Below, piece by piece: positions 10,321-22,650 of a stretch of 45,129 nt of DNA. The notes under the pieces are model-generated. The model was not told the origin of the DNA, ran no database searches, and saw nothing but the letters and a program-made list of their open reading frames with translations. Position 1 is the first letter of the stretch. Each line of letters starts with the position of its first letter. The translations under genes were made by a program, and so were the position numbers. The stretch is from Callorhinchus milii (taxonomy: Eukaryota), in the NCBI RefSeq assembly GCF_018977255.1, contig NW_024705434.1:1-45129 (forward strand), written 5' to 3'.

Positions 10321-13300
10321 CAAGCCGAGAGCCAGAGTGAGCTACGTCCGGAGTGAGGCGAGGTCAGAGTGTGAGAGAATTTGGTGAGAGTGGGAATTAG
10401 GGAGCAGAGGGGGAAGTGGGGGCAGGCTATATATCTTTGTATCTATATAAAGTTTGTGAAGATGTGTGGCAGGTAAAGTGCGAGGTCTGTCACATGTGGG
10501 AGTCAATGGAGGGCGCCTTAAGTCCGGGCGACTTCGTCTGCCGCAAGTGTCTGGAAATCAGAGAGCTCCAGCTGAGAGTAGCTGAGCTGGAGTCTCAGGT
10601 GGAGACGCTGCGCAGCATTAGGGATGGAGAAAACTTCCTGGACAGCTTTATCCTGGAGCCGGACACTCCCCTGAGTCCCAAGGCAGAAGAATGTAGCAGC
10701 GACGGACATGACTGGGTGACAGTCAGGCGGGCAGGCAAGCGTTCCCGAAAGAGAGGGGCTGAAGAATCCCAGACTTTAGCCTTGTCTGACAGGTATGAAA
10801 TATTGGCAACCTGTGTGGACAAGGAAATCTGCGAGGAAGACGGGCAAACTGACCCCAACACCCCTGTGCAGGAGGTTAAAAATGTAATTCTTATTGGGGA
10901 TGAGACAGTCGGGAGGACTGATACAGTTTTCTGTAGCCGTAGCAGGGAGACAAGAAGACTCTGTTGTCTTCCTGGGGCCAGGGTGAAGGATGTCACCGCC
11001 GGGCTGGAGATAAATTGAGCCAGGAGCTAATTGGTACAGGCAAAAGAAGATCATAGATCTGAATGCGTGACTAAAAGAGTGGTGCGGAGAGCAGGAATTC
11101 CAATTCATGGGCCACTGGCACGAGTATTGGGGAAGATGGGAGCTTTTCCAAAGGAATGGGCTCCACCTAAATAGGGCTGGGACAAATGTCCTGGCTACGC
11201 GAATAAATAGGGAGGTAGAAAGGGCTTTAAACTACTAAGGGGGGGGGAGGTAAAAACATAGTAAAGTATAGTCCACCACAGTTAAACTTGAGATCAACAA
11301 AAGCAAGAGAGCAGATTAACAAGGGAGAAGAGCAAAGTGTGTCAAGCCGGGAAAGGAAGTACAGTGATAGAGTGCTGGTGAATAGGGTTAATAGCCGGAA
11401 GTCAGAATTAAGGCGCTATATCTGAATGCACGAAGCATTCGTAACAAGATAGATGAATTAGTTGCACAAATAGAGACAAACCGGTATGATCTAGTAGCCA
11501 TCACCGAGACATGGTTACAGGGTGATCAGGGATGGGAACTGAATATTCCCGGCTACGTGGTATATAGGAAAGATAGGCGATGTGGTAAACGAGGAGGGGG
11601 AGTGGCCCTGCTAATAAAGGATGGGATAAAAACAGTAGAGAGGAAAGATTTTAAATCTGAAAAGCAAGATGTAGAGTCAGTATGGGTAGAGATACGTAAC
11701 TTCAAGGGGCAGAAAACTATAGTGGGAGTAGTTTATAGGCCCCCAAACAGTGGTCAAAGTATCGCTCAAGGTATAAATCAAGAGATTAGTGGAGCATGTA
11801 GCAAAGGAAAGACACTAATTGTGGGTGATTTTAACCTGCACATAGACTGGGACAACCAAATTGGGAAAGGTAACATAGAAGAGGAGTTTATAGAATGTAT
11901 TAGAGATAATTTTCTAGATCAATATGCTGAGGAGCCGACCAGGGAACAAGCCATATTAGACCTTGTTTTGTGTAATGAAACAGGGCTGATCAGCAAACTG
12001 GAACTTAAGGCTCCTCTCGGGCAAAGCGATCATAATATGATGGAATTTAGCGTTAAGTTAGAGAGGGAAGTAGTTAAGTCTGAAGCAAAAGTCTTCAATT
12101 TAAATCGAGCCAACTTTGCTGGTATGAGAGAGGATTTAGCCAGAATAAACTGGGAGACTAAACTTAAAGATTTGACGGTAGACCAGCAATGGCAGACATT
12201 CAAGGAGATAGTGCAAAATTCCCAACGAGCACATATTCCTTTGAGGAATAAGAATGCCATGGGAAAGGTGGTGCAGCCATGGCTAACTAGAGCAGTTAGG
12301 GAAAGTATCAAATCAAAAGAAAAAGCCTATAAAACAGCGAAGATGAGTAGTAAACCCGAGGATTGGGAGAACTTTAGGGAACAACAGAGGAGGACCAAAA
12401 AATTGATCAAGAGGGAGAAAATAGATTACGAGGGCAAACTAGCAAAGAACATAAAAACAGACTCCAAGAGTTTTTACAAATATATAAAGAGGAAAAGGCT
12501 AGCGAGGGTGAATGTGGGTCCATTACAGGCAGAGACCGGAGGAATTATAATAGGGGACAAAGACATGGCAGAGTCATTAAACAAGTATTTTTCTACAGTC
12601 TTCACCGTAGAAGACACTGGAAACATACCAAAAATAGAGGACCAAGAAGACAATGTTAGCGAGCAACTTAGGGAGATTAACATTAGTAAAGAGATGGTTC
12701 TAGGTAAATTGTCGGGTCTTAAAACCGATAAATCCCCTGGACCGGATGGCCTGCATCCGAGAGTTTTAAAGGAGGTGGCTACTGAGATAGTGGATGGCAT
12801 GTCTATAATCTTCCAAAAGTCTGTGGATACTGGAAAAGTTCCCATTGATTGGAAGATTGCAAACGTAACTCCACTATTTAAGAAGGGTGGGAGAGAAAAT
12901 AGGGAAAACTATAGACCAGTTAGTTTGACGTCAGTTGTAGGGAAAATTCTTGAGTCCTTAATAAAAGACGTAGTTATGGGATACCTGGAAGACCATAAAA
13001 AGATTAGGCAGAGTCAACATGGCTTTACAAAAGGGAAGTCATGCTTGACTAACCTTTTAGAATTTTTNGAGGATGTATCAGCAGGTTGGATAAGGGGGAA
13101 CCAGTAGATGTGGTATATTTGGATTTTAGGAAGGCATTTGACAAGGTGCCACACAAAAGGCTGTTACTCAAGATCAAGGCCCACGGGATTAATGGGAAAA
13201 TATTAACATGGATAGAAGAGTGGCTATCGGGTAGAAAGCAGAGAGTAGTGATAAACGGATCATTCTCGAATTGGCAGATGTAACTAGTGGAGTGCCACAA

Positions 13301-14202
13301 GGATCAGTGCTTGGGCCTCAGCTATTTACCATTTACATCAATGATCTGGACGAGGACGTTGAATGTAATGTGTCTAAATTCGCGGATGACACTAAACTTG
13401 GTAGCAGAGTGAGCTCTCAGGATGATGCAAAAAGATTGCAACGGGATATAGATAGGCTCGGGGAGTGGGCGAGTAGGTGGCAGATGGAATTCAATGTTAG
13501 CAAGTGTGAAATTATTCACCTCGGTAGCAAGAATAAAAGAACAGATTATTTTCTGGAAGGGGAGAAGTTAGATAGTCTTAGTATTCAAAGGGATTTGGGT
13601 GTCCTTGTACACCAGTCCCAAAAAGGTAGTTTGCAGGTGCAGCAGCAACTAAGAAGGCGAACGGCAGTTAGCGTTCTTTGCAAAAGGTTTAGAGTACAAG
13701 AGTAGGGAAGTCTCACTGCAACTGTATAGGGCTTTGGTGAGACCGCACCAAGAGGATTGTGTGCAGTTTTGGTCCTTATTTAAAAAGTTAGTTCCTTTGA
13801 TGAGGGGACTGACCTATGAGGAGATGCTGAATAAACTGGGGCTGTATTCTCCAGAGTACAGAAGAATTAGGGGGGAATCTTATTGAAACTTATAAGATTC
13901 TTAAAGGGCTGATAAAGTAGTCACTGAGGGTCTGTTTCCCCGGGAGGAGAATCTATAACCAGAGGTCACAGTCTGAAAATTAAGGGTCAGCCTTTTAGAA
14001 CAGAGTTGAGGAAACATTTCTTCACTCAGAGGGCAGTGAACTTATGGAATTCACTCCCCCAGAAGGCTGTAGATGTCAGTCCTTGAACATTTTCAAGGCT
14101 GAGACTAGGTCAGAAGATCAGCCATGATCTTATTGAATGATAACAGGCTCGAGGGGCTGAATGGCCTACTCCTGCTCCTAATTCTTATGTTCTTATGTTC
14201 TA
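10321..14202 (+). mobile_element. near full-length CR1 LINE (ORF1 with Cys motif, coiled coil and esterase remnant; ORF2 APE endonuclease + RT, frameshifted)
   Basis: ORF1 has CEVC..CRKC, LELRVAELE-type coiled coil and CLPGARV. ORF2 has YLNARS, ITETWL, YRPP, GDFN, SDHN, KSPGPDG, YRPVSLT, DFRKAFD, GVPQGSVLGP and FADDTK. Tail (TTCTTATG)n. Confidence 0.95.
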
Positions 14203-14370
14203 ATAAATTGGTAATTTCAATCCATGAATTGTATGTGCAATTGGCTGCCGCGTTTCGCCCACAAAATATATAGTCAATTCACTTTACAGTATATTCTGTG
14301 AAGCGCTTTGAGACATCTCGAAGATGTGGTAAGGCACAAGATCAAATGGAAGGATTATTATTATCATTAT
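14203..14370 (+). mobile_element. SINE 3' part
   Basis: aattggctgccgcgtttcgccc...gagacatctcgaagatgtg...(tta)n. Confidence 0.85.
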
Positions 14371-14629
14371 AAAAGCTAAACCTGTATTAGTCTCACATTA
14401 GTGGTTAGAGAATTGGAGACATTATAATGGAAATAATGCCAACATCTGTAAAGAAAAGGACCTGATCAGAAACAGTCAGACTTCTCAAAGGCTAATCTAA
14501 TAGAATTTTTGAGAACGTGCTGTTGCAAACACCTATAGATATAGAGTCCGGTGGCATTTTGGTTAGAGCACTCGCCTCACCTGCAAGGATTATTATTATT
14601 ATTGTATACCACAGGCTTTCTATTCAACA

Positions 14630-14942
14630 ACAATTAATAATAATGATCCTTGCATTTGATATAGCGCCTTTCATGTCTTCCAGACGTCTCAAAGCGCTTC
14701 ACAGAATATACTGTAAAGTGAATTGACTGTATATTTGTGGGCAAACATGGCAGCCAATTGCACACAGCAGTGCGTGTCCCATAAACAGTCGTGGATTGAA
14801 AATGACCAATTTATTATTGTTCTGTCTTGGAGGGATTATTATCAGGCGTGTGGAGTAAGGAAACTTGCCCAAACTGCCTGGAATTGAACCCAGGTGTCTC
14901 GCTCGCAAGGCGAGTGCTCTAACCACTGAGCTACAGGACTCC
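14630..14942 (-). mobile_element. tRNA-derived SINE
   Basis: Reverse complement of head (ctaaccactgagctacaggactcc) and tail. Confidence 0.9.
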
Positions 14943-15244
14943 GCAACTGATATTGACGTAGTGACTTTCATGTTGGGAGGAATTCCCCAAGCGCTGAACG
15001 TCCAGATTCCGAGCAGCTTGGCTTCAAGATCTTCGATCTAACTTTCAACTGTCCCACACCCTTACCACAACTCTACTGCTGAGTGGTCAGTCGGAGCACT
15101 CGCACACACAGAATCCCTACACCAGGCTTAAGAATCTCCAAACCCGCCAACTGGTAATTTATGATATAACGATCCTGGAATGGAGTGCACACTCTCTCCC
15201 CAGGTCAGCTTGGCTCAGTCTCCTCCTCCCACAACACCACCATT

Positions 15245-15598
15245 GGGACGAAGTCCTGTAGTTCGATGGTTAGAGTGCTCTCGTCTCGCAAGCAAGTGGT
15301 TCTATTCCCGGGCAGGCAAAACCTTAGGCAAGTTTCCTTACTCCATGTGCCTCTGTTTATGTAAGTAGGAACCCAGTTGTTAGTTGATTGGTGGGTTCAT
15401 TTTTCCGGGGGTAATAATCCCTCCTCCCAAAAAATTGGTCACTCAATTCACGACTGTTTATGGGACACTGCTGTGCACAATTGACTGCTGTATTTCACCC
15501 ACAAAATACAGTCACTACACTTTACAGTATTTCTGAAGAGCTTTGAGATGTCTCGAAGATATAGACAAGGTGCTATATCAATGCAAGGATTATTATTA
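15245..15598 (+). mobile_element. tRNA-derived SINE, long subfamily
   Basis: Degenerate head, central segment and tail. Confidence 0.88.
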
Positions 15599-15684
15599 CA
15601 GTAAATATTTTAGGATTAATATTGAATCGGTAGTTGAGGTGTAATTACCTGATGTTGCTGAGTGCCAGGCTGCTTGTCTTTTAG

Positions 15685-15885
15685 CCTGAGTACCTGACCC
15701 TGGAGGACCTGTGTCAAGACTTGGCAGTTGAGCTGCTGGGAATGTGTCGGAATCAGAGTGAAGTTACGGCTGTTCTGAATGATTGTGGGGATGACAACGC
15801 TGATGAGTTGGACAACCAGGCCTTTGAGGAAGGGATCCCTGACCTCGCCCGGCTTCGATTAGCTGTGAACTACAACCAGAAGAGG
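15685..15885 (+). CDS. trpc2: trpc2 exon 3
   Basis: Acceptor cttttag. Encodes PEYLTLEDLCQDLAVELLGMCRNQSEV...LAVNYNQKR. Donor GTAATG. Confidence 0.96.
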
Positions 15886-16369
15886 GTAATGTGGAACCTC
15901 AGTCCTGCTCACTGTGTTATACTGTCATCACTCAAAATGAATAAATAATATTTTATTCTCAGTTCTCAATACACAAATCAACCAACCCTCCAGTCAGCTC
16001 CTCCTGCTTCCTGCTTTCTACCTCTTGATCTCCTTTCATTGGTTCCCAGTTAATTGGTCCTTATTTTCTTACGGGGTATCCAACACCATGTGTCTCACCT
16101 CAGTTGCTGCTCTTCATATCTCTGGAGTGTTTGAGCTGGAAGAGCGTTTAGCCCAACCTCCTCAATTCCACATCACCCACAAAACACATAGTATATCCTA
16201 TGAAGCACTTCCCCCATACACAGACAAAGACACACACAGACAAAATCACAGACACGCGCATACACACACACCACGCGCATGCCACACACACAGCACACAC
16301 CGCGTACATATACCACAGACTTACACACACCAGACTGAGGTATCCCCTGACCCCAACGTGATGTCACTT

Positions 16370-17260
16370 GCCCCCACCCCTCTCCATGTACCTCAAGATG
16401 GGGATAGTATTGAGTCTGAGTTTATCAGACATCATGGCTTGGATGAGCAAAATCTTTCTTCACCCGAATGTTGACAAGATGGAAGCCATCCTCCTTAGCT
16501 CCCATCCACGTCTTCTGTCCTGCACCTCTGAGCTTCTCAACCTCCCGTGCCTATCCCTCAGCCTGTATTCAATCTGTATGTAATCTGGGCGTCAGGTTTG
16601 ACCCACAGCTGTCCTACCCACCCCACATCCTGTTCCTGACCAGGATTGCCTTCCTCCACCTCCATATTGCCTGCCTCCGACTGTACCTCACACCCAACAT
16701 AGCTGAAACCCTTGTCCAAAATTTCACCACCTTCTGCCTCAATTATTCCAATGGCCTCCTCCGGTCTCCTCAGCTCCACCATTCATCAAATCCAATTAAT
16801 TCAAAACTTCATAGCCCATATCCTCACACGTACCAAACTCCGTACCCCCATCACTCTAGTCCTCGCCAGGCTCCACTGACTCCCTATCACAGAACGGATT
16901 GATTTCAGATCCTCTCACTCATCTACAAATCCCTTCATGCTCTGGCACTTACCTACCTTTTCAACTTGTTTAACCCCCAACCCACCACCTGCTGCCTTCG
17001 TTGGCTGGCTCCAGCCTCCTGTATGTTCCTCGTACCCACCATCAGTGGCTGTGCTTTCAGCTACTAAACTCTGAAACACTCCTTACCCTCTTTTCGATTA
17101 CGACTGAAGATATTTCTCATTGACAGTGCTTACAGATAACTCCCCTTTTCCCCCCGGCTCGTTGTCAGGTGTCAGAATTGTCCTGTAAAGTGACACGGCC
17201 AAGCACTGTGAGATGCTACCCTGATAAAGGGCGTATATAAATGTGAATTATTATTATTAA
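16370..17260 (+). mobile_element. old L2 3' fragment
   Basis: Encodes IMAWMS...NLGVRFDPQLS...AETLVQ..., with a degenerate tail. Confidence 0.8.
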
Positions 17261-17524
17261 TAATAATCCTTGCATTTAATATAGCATATAATATAGTATA
17301 TAATATAGTATATAATATAATACATATAATATACTAATATATATAACATACTAATATAGTATATACTATAATTTAATAATATTTAATATTTTATCCTTGT
17401 TGTAAGTATGTGCCATTGGAAATGTGAGGCTGTAGAAAATGATCACAGGAATTCTGAGGCTTTGCTTTTTGTTGTCAATCATGTGCTGGATATTTAAACT
17501 GCTTCATGTTTTAAATCTCCTCAG

Positions 17525-17689
17525 TTTGTGGCTCATCCCATCTGCCAGCAAGTCCTGACGTCTATCTGGTGTGGGAACCTGACCTGGTGGAGAGGCAGCA
17601 AAACCATCTGGAAAATATTCATCTCCACAGGAACCTTCATCACAATGCCCATCCTCTGCCTCATCTACTGGATTGCGCCCAAATGCAAG
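17525..17689 (+). CDS. trpc2: trpc2 exon 4 (pre-S1 region)
   Basis: Acceptor ctcctcag. Encodes FVAHPICQQVLTSIWCGNL...YWIAPKCK. Donor GTACAG. Confidence 0.96.
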
Positions 17690-17796
17690 GTACAGACTAG
17701 AGCATGTTGGCTTTTGTGTATGTGTGTGTGTCTATGTGTGCACACTGGTGCTCACATGGGGAAACACAACCAAGTGGGATTATTGTAGATTATTGT

Positions 17797-18070
17797 GGTG
17801 TCCTGTAGTTTAGCAAGTGAGAGGACCTGGGTTCGATTTGTTGGGCAAGTTTCCTTACTCCACAAGCTTCTGTTTACCCTCAGTAAGTAGAAACCCGTTA
17901 TTGGTTGTTTGGCTTTTCCAGGGGTAATAATCTCTTCCAAAAAAGAAAATCACCCCCCAAACATTTGGTCACTCATTCCATGACAGTTTGTGGGACGCTG
18001 CTGTGTGCAATTTGTTGCTGTGTTTCTCCCACAAAACATACAGTCAATTCACTTTACAGTATATTCTGCG
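17797..18070 (+). mobile_element. SINE (3'-truncated)
   Basis: SINE head and core homology. Confidence 0.85.
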
Positions 18071-18599
18071 ATCTTCACTATTTTAGGAAACTATAAAGCT
18101 AAATTCCCCGCAACTCTCCATTGGCAAAATAATTTGTAAGTAGCAGAATTTGGGAGAAAATGTGGGATGTGTTTTGTTGAAATAAGTACCAAATTTGTGA
18201 GGTTTTTTTTGCGATCATTGGAGTAAAATTGTTAATTGTTCCTCATTGACAGGTGGGGTTTGGAGCAGAGGTATTTTTCTTTTCAATTTCTATTTTTTTG
18301 AGGCTTTTACACAGAGCTAATATATAACGAGTTAATCTTGGTGTTAACAAACTACACATCACTATGTACAATGGCCATCATCGGTCACAGGTAGGCCTGG
18401 GAACATGTTCCTTTCAGTCCAACATCCTTTAATTTCAGCTGTTACTGTTTTCAGACATAAATCTCTCTCTGTTGCAAAGTTTGAGATTTCAAGCATTCTG
18501 AGTCATTCTGAAGGGTGCTATATAAATACAAGTTGTTGTTGTTTGGTTGTGTAGCTCAAAGCAGCTCCTCTTATTATGTCTCTACTTTAGTCCAGAGAT

Positions 18600-18995
18600 G
18601 ATAATAATAATAATCCTTGCATTTGATACAGCACCTTATCACGTCTTTGAGATGTCTCAAAGCGCTTCACAGAATATACTGTAAAGTGAACAAAACACAA
18701 AATACTGCCGATGCTGGAAATCTGAAACAAAAACAGAGCCGGGATCACTCAGCAGGTCAGGCAGCATCTATGGAGAAAGGAAAGTGAGTTAATGTTTCGG
18801 GTCCACGACCCTTTGTCAAACGTTGACTCGCTTTCCTTTCTCCATAGATGCTGCCTGACCTGCTGAGTGTTCCCAGCTCTCTGTTTTTGTTTCATACTGT
18901 AAAGTGAATTGACTGTATATTTTGTGAGCAAAACGAAGCAACCAATTGCGGACAGCAGTGTCCCAAAAACAGTCATGGATTGAGTGACCACATTT
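18600..18995 (-). mobile_element. SINE 3' half, interrupted at 18691-18893
   Basis: Reverse-complement tail and core on both sides of the insert. Confidence 0.85.
18691..18893. mobile_element. palindromic insertion derived from a Penelope-like element terminus, with a 15-bp target duplication
   Basis: Inverted arms at about 18723-18797 and 18818-18894. Flanked by atactgtaaagtgaa at 18676-18690 and 18894-18908. Homologous to 42885-43026. Confidence 0.85.
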
Positions 18996-19464
18996 ATCAA
19001 GGTAGATGTCTCTACCTTAGCTCAGAGGAGATTCTTTATTGTACATTGGATTCTTTATTGTGTGGCATTTCAATGTAGAGAATATACCTATTGCAAACCT
19101 CACAAATAGTGGGAGTTACATTTTGAAAATCAGCTCAAGCTTTGGGAAGCGTCCACACAATTGTGTCCAGAAACAACCAGAGCACGTAGTCTCTTAACAC
19201 AGCACACAGCTACCTGTAAAAATGTGGCGGAGGTGAAGGAAGGTGTTCCTGAGGAGATTGAGGGACAGGACAGAAGATGTTAGCAGGAGTCAACGAGTGT
19301 GGCTTCCGTCTTGTCAACATTTAGCTGCAGAAGTTTTCACTCATCTAGGCCCTGGTGTACCCCAGACAAGCCGAGAGAACATCGGGGGACCTGGAGTTTT
19401 AGCTGGAGAAGTAGATTTGTGTGTCATCCGCATACATACATACATGCATGCATGCATACATACA

Positions 19465-20305
19465 TCAACAACTTGTACTTATATAGCACACTCCATGCAG
19501 GGTAGCATCCCAGAGCCTGACTCTGAGCCGGGGGGATGTGGCCGTAAGAAAAGTCTTCAGGCAGGACTTGAAAGGGGGAGAGAGGGCCAAGGTGGCGGGA
19601 TTGAGGGAGAGTGTTCCAGAGTTTTGGGCTATAGTGGCTGAAAGCACGACCTCCGATGATGGGGCGGAGGGTGGAAGGGATGAGCAGGAGGCCAGTGCCA
19701 GTCAAGCAGAGGTGCCGGATGGTGAATTGGGGAGTGGTGATTGGAGAGGTAGGGAAGTGCCAGGGAGTGAAGGGATTTGAACATAAGTGTGAGGATCTTG
19801 AAGTTGATCTGTTAGGTGATGTGGAGCCTGGACCAGAACTGGTGAGATGTGGGTACAGAATCTGGTTCAGGTCAGTCTGCAGGCGGCAGAGTTCTGAATG
19901 AGCTGATGTTGTGAATGGTGGAGCTGGGGAGATCGGCGAGGAGTGCGTTGGAGTAATCCAAGCGGGAGGTGACAAACACATGCACAAGGGTTTTGGCTGC
20001 ATTTAGGGTAAGGTACGGTTGGAGACTGGCAATGTGGCGGAGGTGGAAGAAGGTAGTCCTGGCCAGGGACTGGATGTTGGGGCATAAGGACAGCTGGGGG
20101 TCAAACTGGATGCCTAGTTTGTGTGCTGGTTCAGTGAGTCTGAGGGAGAACTCAGGGAGGTTGAGGAGTTTAGATCCACAGGTTTACCCTGTGCCTGCAG
20201 ATGACATCGCCAAGAGGAAGCATATAGATAAGGAAGAAGAGGGGACCAAGGATGGAGCACAGGGGTACACCACAGGTAACCCGGGCAGGGGAAGGAGGAG
20301 AAACC
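19465..20305 (-). mobile_element. old L2 3' fragment
   Basis: Minus strand encodes CGVPLCSILGPLFFLIYMLPLGD, LIQNSAA and GGRAFSHYSPKLWNTLP. Confidence 0.85.
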
Positions 20306-20434
20306 ATTAGCAAAAATAAACTAATAAAGACTTGAAGTGAAACATTGTGGAAAAATTTCAATGTGGCAATGAAATGCAATGAGCCAGAGTGCAAATACAA
20401 ATAAGCTTCTGTTGGTAGGGACTCGATTGCATAT

Positions 20435-20735
20435 TGTAAGTAGGAACCTTGTTGTTAGTTCATTGGCAGATCGTTTTTCCAGCGGTAATAAAAACATAAT
20501 AATTTGATTACTCAATCCACGACAGTTTGTGGGTTCGCTGCTGTGCGCAATTGGCTGCCGCGTTTCACCCACCAAACATATAATTCACTTTGCATTATAT
20601 TCTGTGAAGCGCTTTGGGACGTCCTCCCGACGTGAAAAGCGCTATATCAAATGCAAGGATTATTAAGCGCTTTGAGACGTTGTGAAGATGTGATCAGGTG
20701 CTATATCAAATGCAAGGATTACTATTATTATTATC
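20435..20735 (+). mobile_element. SINE 3' part with two tandem tails
   Basis: Young-type tail at about 20607-20664 followed by an old-type tail at 20665-20733. Confidence 0.85.
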
Positions 20736-20844
20736 TCTCCACAGATTGCCAATTTAGTGCCAATGGAGATGAACTTATCTTCTACATGGTACTTTGGTTC
20801 AGTTCCTATATAACATGCCTTCATTTTGACTGTTTACTTTCCAG

Positions 20845-21019
20845 GTTGGACAAATAGTTAGAACACCAGTCATTAAGTTTCTTCTTCACTCATCTTCCTA
20901 CGTCTGGTTCCTAGTGTTTCTTATTGTTGAGTCTATTCTGGCTCAGGAGAACAGGGACATTGCTGCATCCAGAAAACAGCCGCTACAAGAGAACTCCTTT
21001 CATATGATCTGGGTCGTTG
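20845..21019 (+). CDS. trpc2: trpc2 exon 5 (S1 to start of S2)
   Basis: Acceptor tttccag. Encodes VGQIVRTPVIKFLLHSSSYVWFL...ENSFHMIWVV+G. Donor GTGAGT. Not in the ORF track. Confidence 0.95.
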
Positions 21020-21104
21020 GTGAGTCACAGTATCCTCTTGGCTGACATCTAGACAAGCTGGACTGTAGTGCAGTCCCATAGTTTTGCTGTGAATTTACTG
21101 TGAA

Positions 21105-21300
21105 ATGGAGTGACTGTGTATTTTTGGGTAAGTGCGATGGCACAATTGTCCCACAGACAGCTGTGAAACAAATGACCGATTTTATTTGGGGGACTGTTGG
21201 CCAAGACACCGGGGGAGAGAAACTCCTTTCTCTTTTCGAATAATGTCATGAGATCTTTAACGTCCACTTGAACAGGCAGAAGGGGCCTCGGTTTAACTTT
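21105..21300 (-). mobile_element. DeuSINE (AmnSINE1/SacSINE1-type Deu domain) fragment
   Basis: Minus strand reads gttaaaccgaggcccc..tgcctgttcaagtggacgttaaagatctcatgacattattcgaa..gagtttctctcccccggtgtcttggccaaca, matching my recollection of the Deu-domain consensus. Confidence 0.7.
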
Positions 21301-21422
21301 AGCCCACATAATTATACAGTCAATTTACTTTACAGTCTATTCTGTGATGCACTTTGAGACGTTTCAAGGACGTGATAAGACACTATATCGAGTGCAAAGA
21401 TTATTATTATAATTATACCTTA

Positions 21423-21765
21423 AGGTTAGAGCACTCGCCTCGCAAGTGAGAGGACCTGGGTTTGATTCCCGGGCAGGGCAAAATGGGTAAGTTTCCTGAC
21501 TTTACACACCTCTGTTTACCAGTAGTAAGTAGGAACTCAGTTGTTAATCGATTGGCAGATCATTTTTTCGGGAGTAATAATCCCTTAAAATATATATAAT
21601 CACTCAATCCACGACTGTTTGTGGGACACTGCTGGATGCAATTAGCTGTCGCATTTTGTTCACAAAATACAGTCATTTCACTTTACAGTGCATTCTATGA
21701 AGCGCTTCGAGACATCTCAACAAATTGATAAGGTGCTATACCAAATGTATGGATTTTTATTATAT
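21423..21765 (+). mobile_element. tRNA-derived SINE, long subfamily (preceded by another tail at about 21300-21412)
   Basis: Head, core and tail homology. Confidence 0.88.
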
Positions 21766-22255
21766 TGAAGACATTCATTTATAGACTCTACTTCAGCTTA
21801 ATCTGCAGATGGCACCAAGTTGGGGGGGAACTGTGGGATCACCGGAGGCAGCAAAGGTCTTACACAGAGAAGGAGTTAGGGTTTGTAACAAGCTGATCTC
21901 TAACCAATAAACTTTAGTACAGATGAATAAGATTAAAACTAGGAGGTGTATAATAACTTAATATATGGATAGGGGCATAGGGATGGAATGGAAGTAAAAC
22001 AATAGACGTTGACAAACAGATGAGGCCACGGACCTCTCGCTGAACGGAAAGCTAAAAGCTCTCTTTGCTAAAGGTGTTTCCATACATGTTAGAATTGCCA
22101 AGACATCCTCACTGAGGACTGAGATACTGTGAGCCACCTCTCATTGTCAGCTACATTTCCAGATCTGCAGAGCTGCTAATATACAAATAATTGGTATAAT
22201 TATTAGGTCAGACAGTTTGTTGAAGTTTGGATTATTTCCCTGACAACTAATGACT

Positions 22256-22615
22256 TGGAGAGCCCTGTAGCTCAGTGGTTAGAACACTCATCTCGCAAGC
22301 GAGAGGACATGAGTTTGATTCCCGGGCAGGGTGAAGCGTTGAGCAAGTTTCCCTACTCTACCTGCTTCCAGGCAGGTCAGGGCGAAACCTTGGGCAAGTT
22401 TCCTTACTCCACACAGAGCCTAATAATAATCCCTCCAAAACCAAAAACAATAATAAATTGGTCATTTTCAATCTACGGCTGTTTGTGGGACATTGCTGTG
22501 CGCAATTGGCTGCCGCGTTCTCCCACAAATATACAGTCAATTCACTTTACAGTGTGTTCTGTGAAGCGCTTTGGGACGTCCTCCTGACGTGAAAAGCGCT
22601 ATATCAAATCCAAGG

Positions 22616-22650
<35 letters not shown>

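Noticed and set aside
11557..13107. 516-aa ORF as a host or domesticated gene
   Set aside because: It is CR1 ORF2 (endonuclease plus part of RT) within a recognisable element, with downstream frameshifts and a CR1 tail.
17270..17392. Very AT-rich stretch with local palindromes
   Set aside because: Simple (TA)-type low-complexity sequence grown from a SINE tail remnant.
21802..21835. CTCF-like motif ctgcagatggcacc
   Set aside because: Better explained as a decayed CR1 RT motif (ADDTKLGG-like: gcagatggcaccaagttgggggga).
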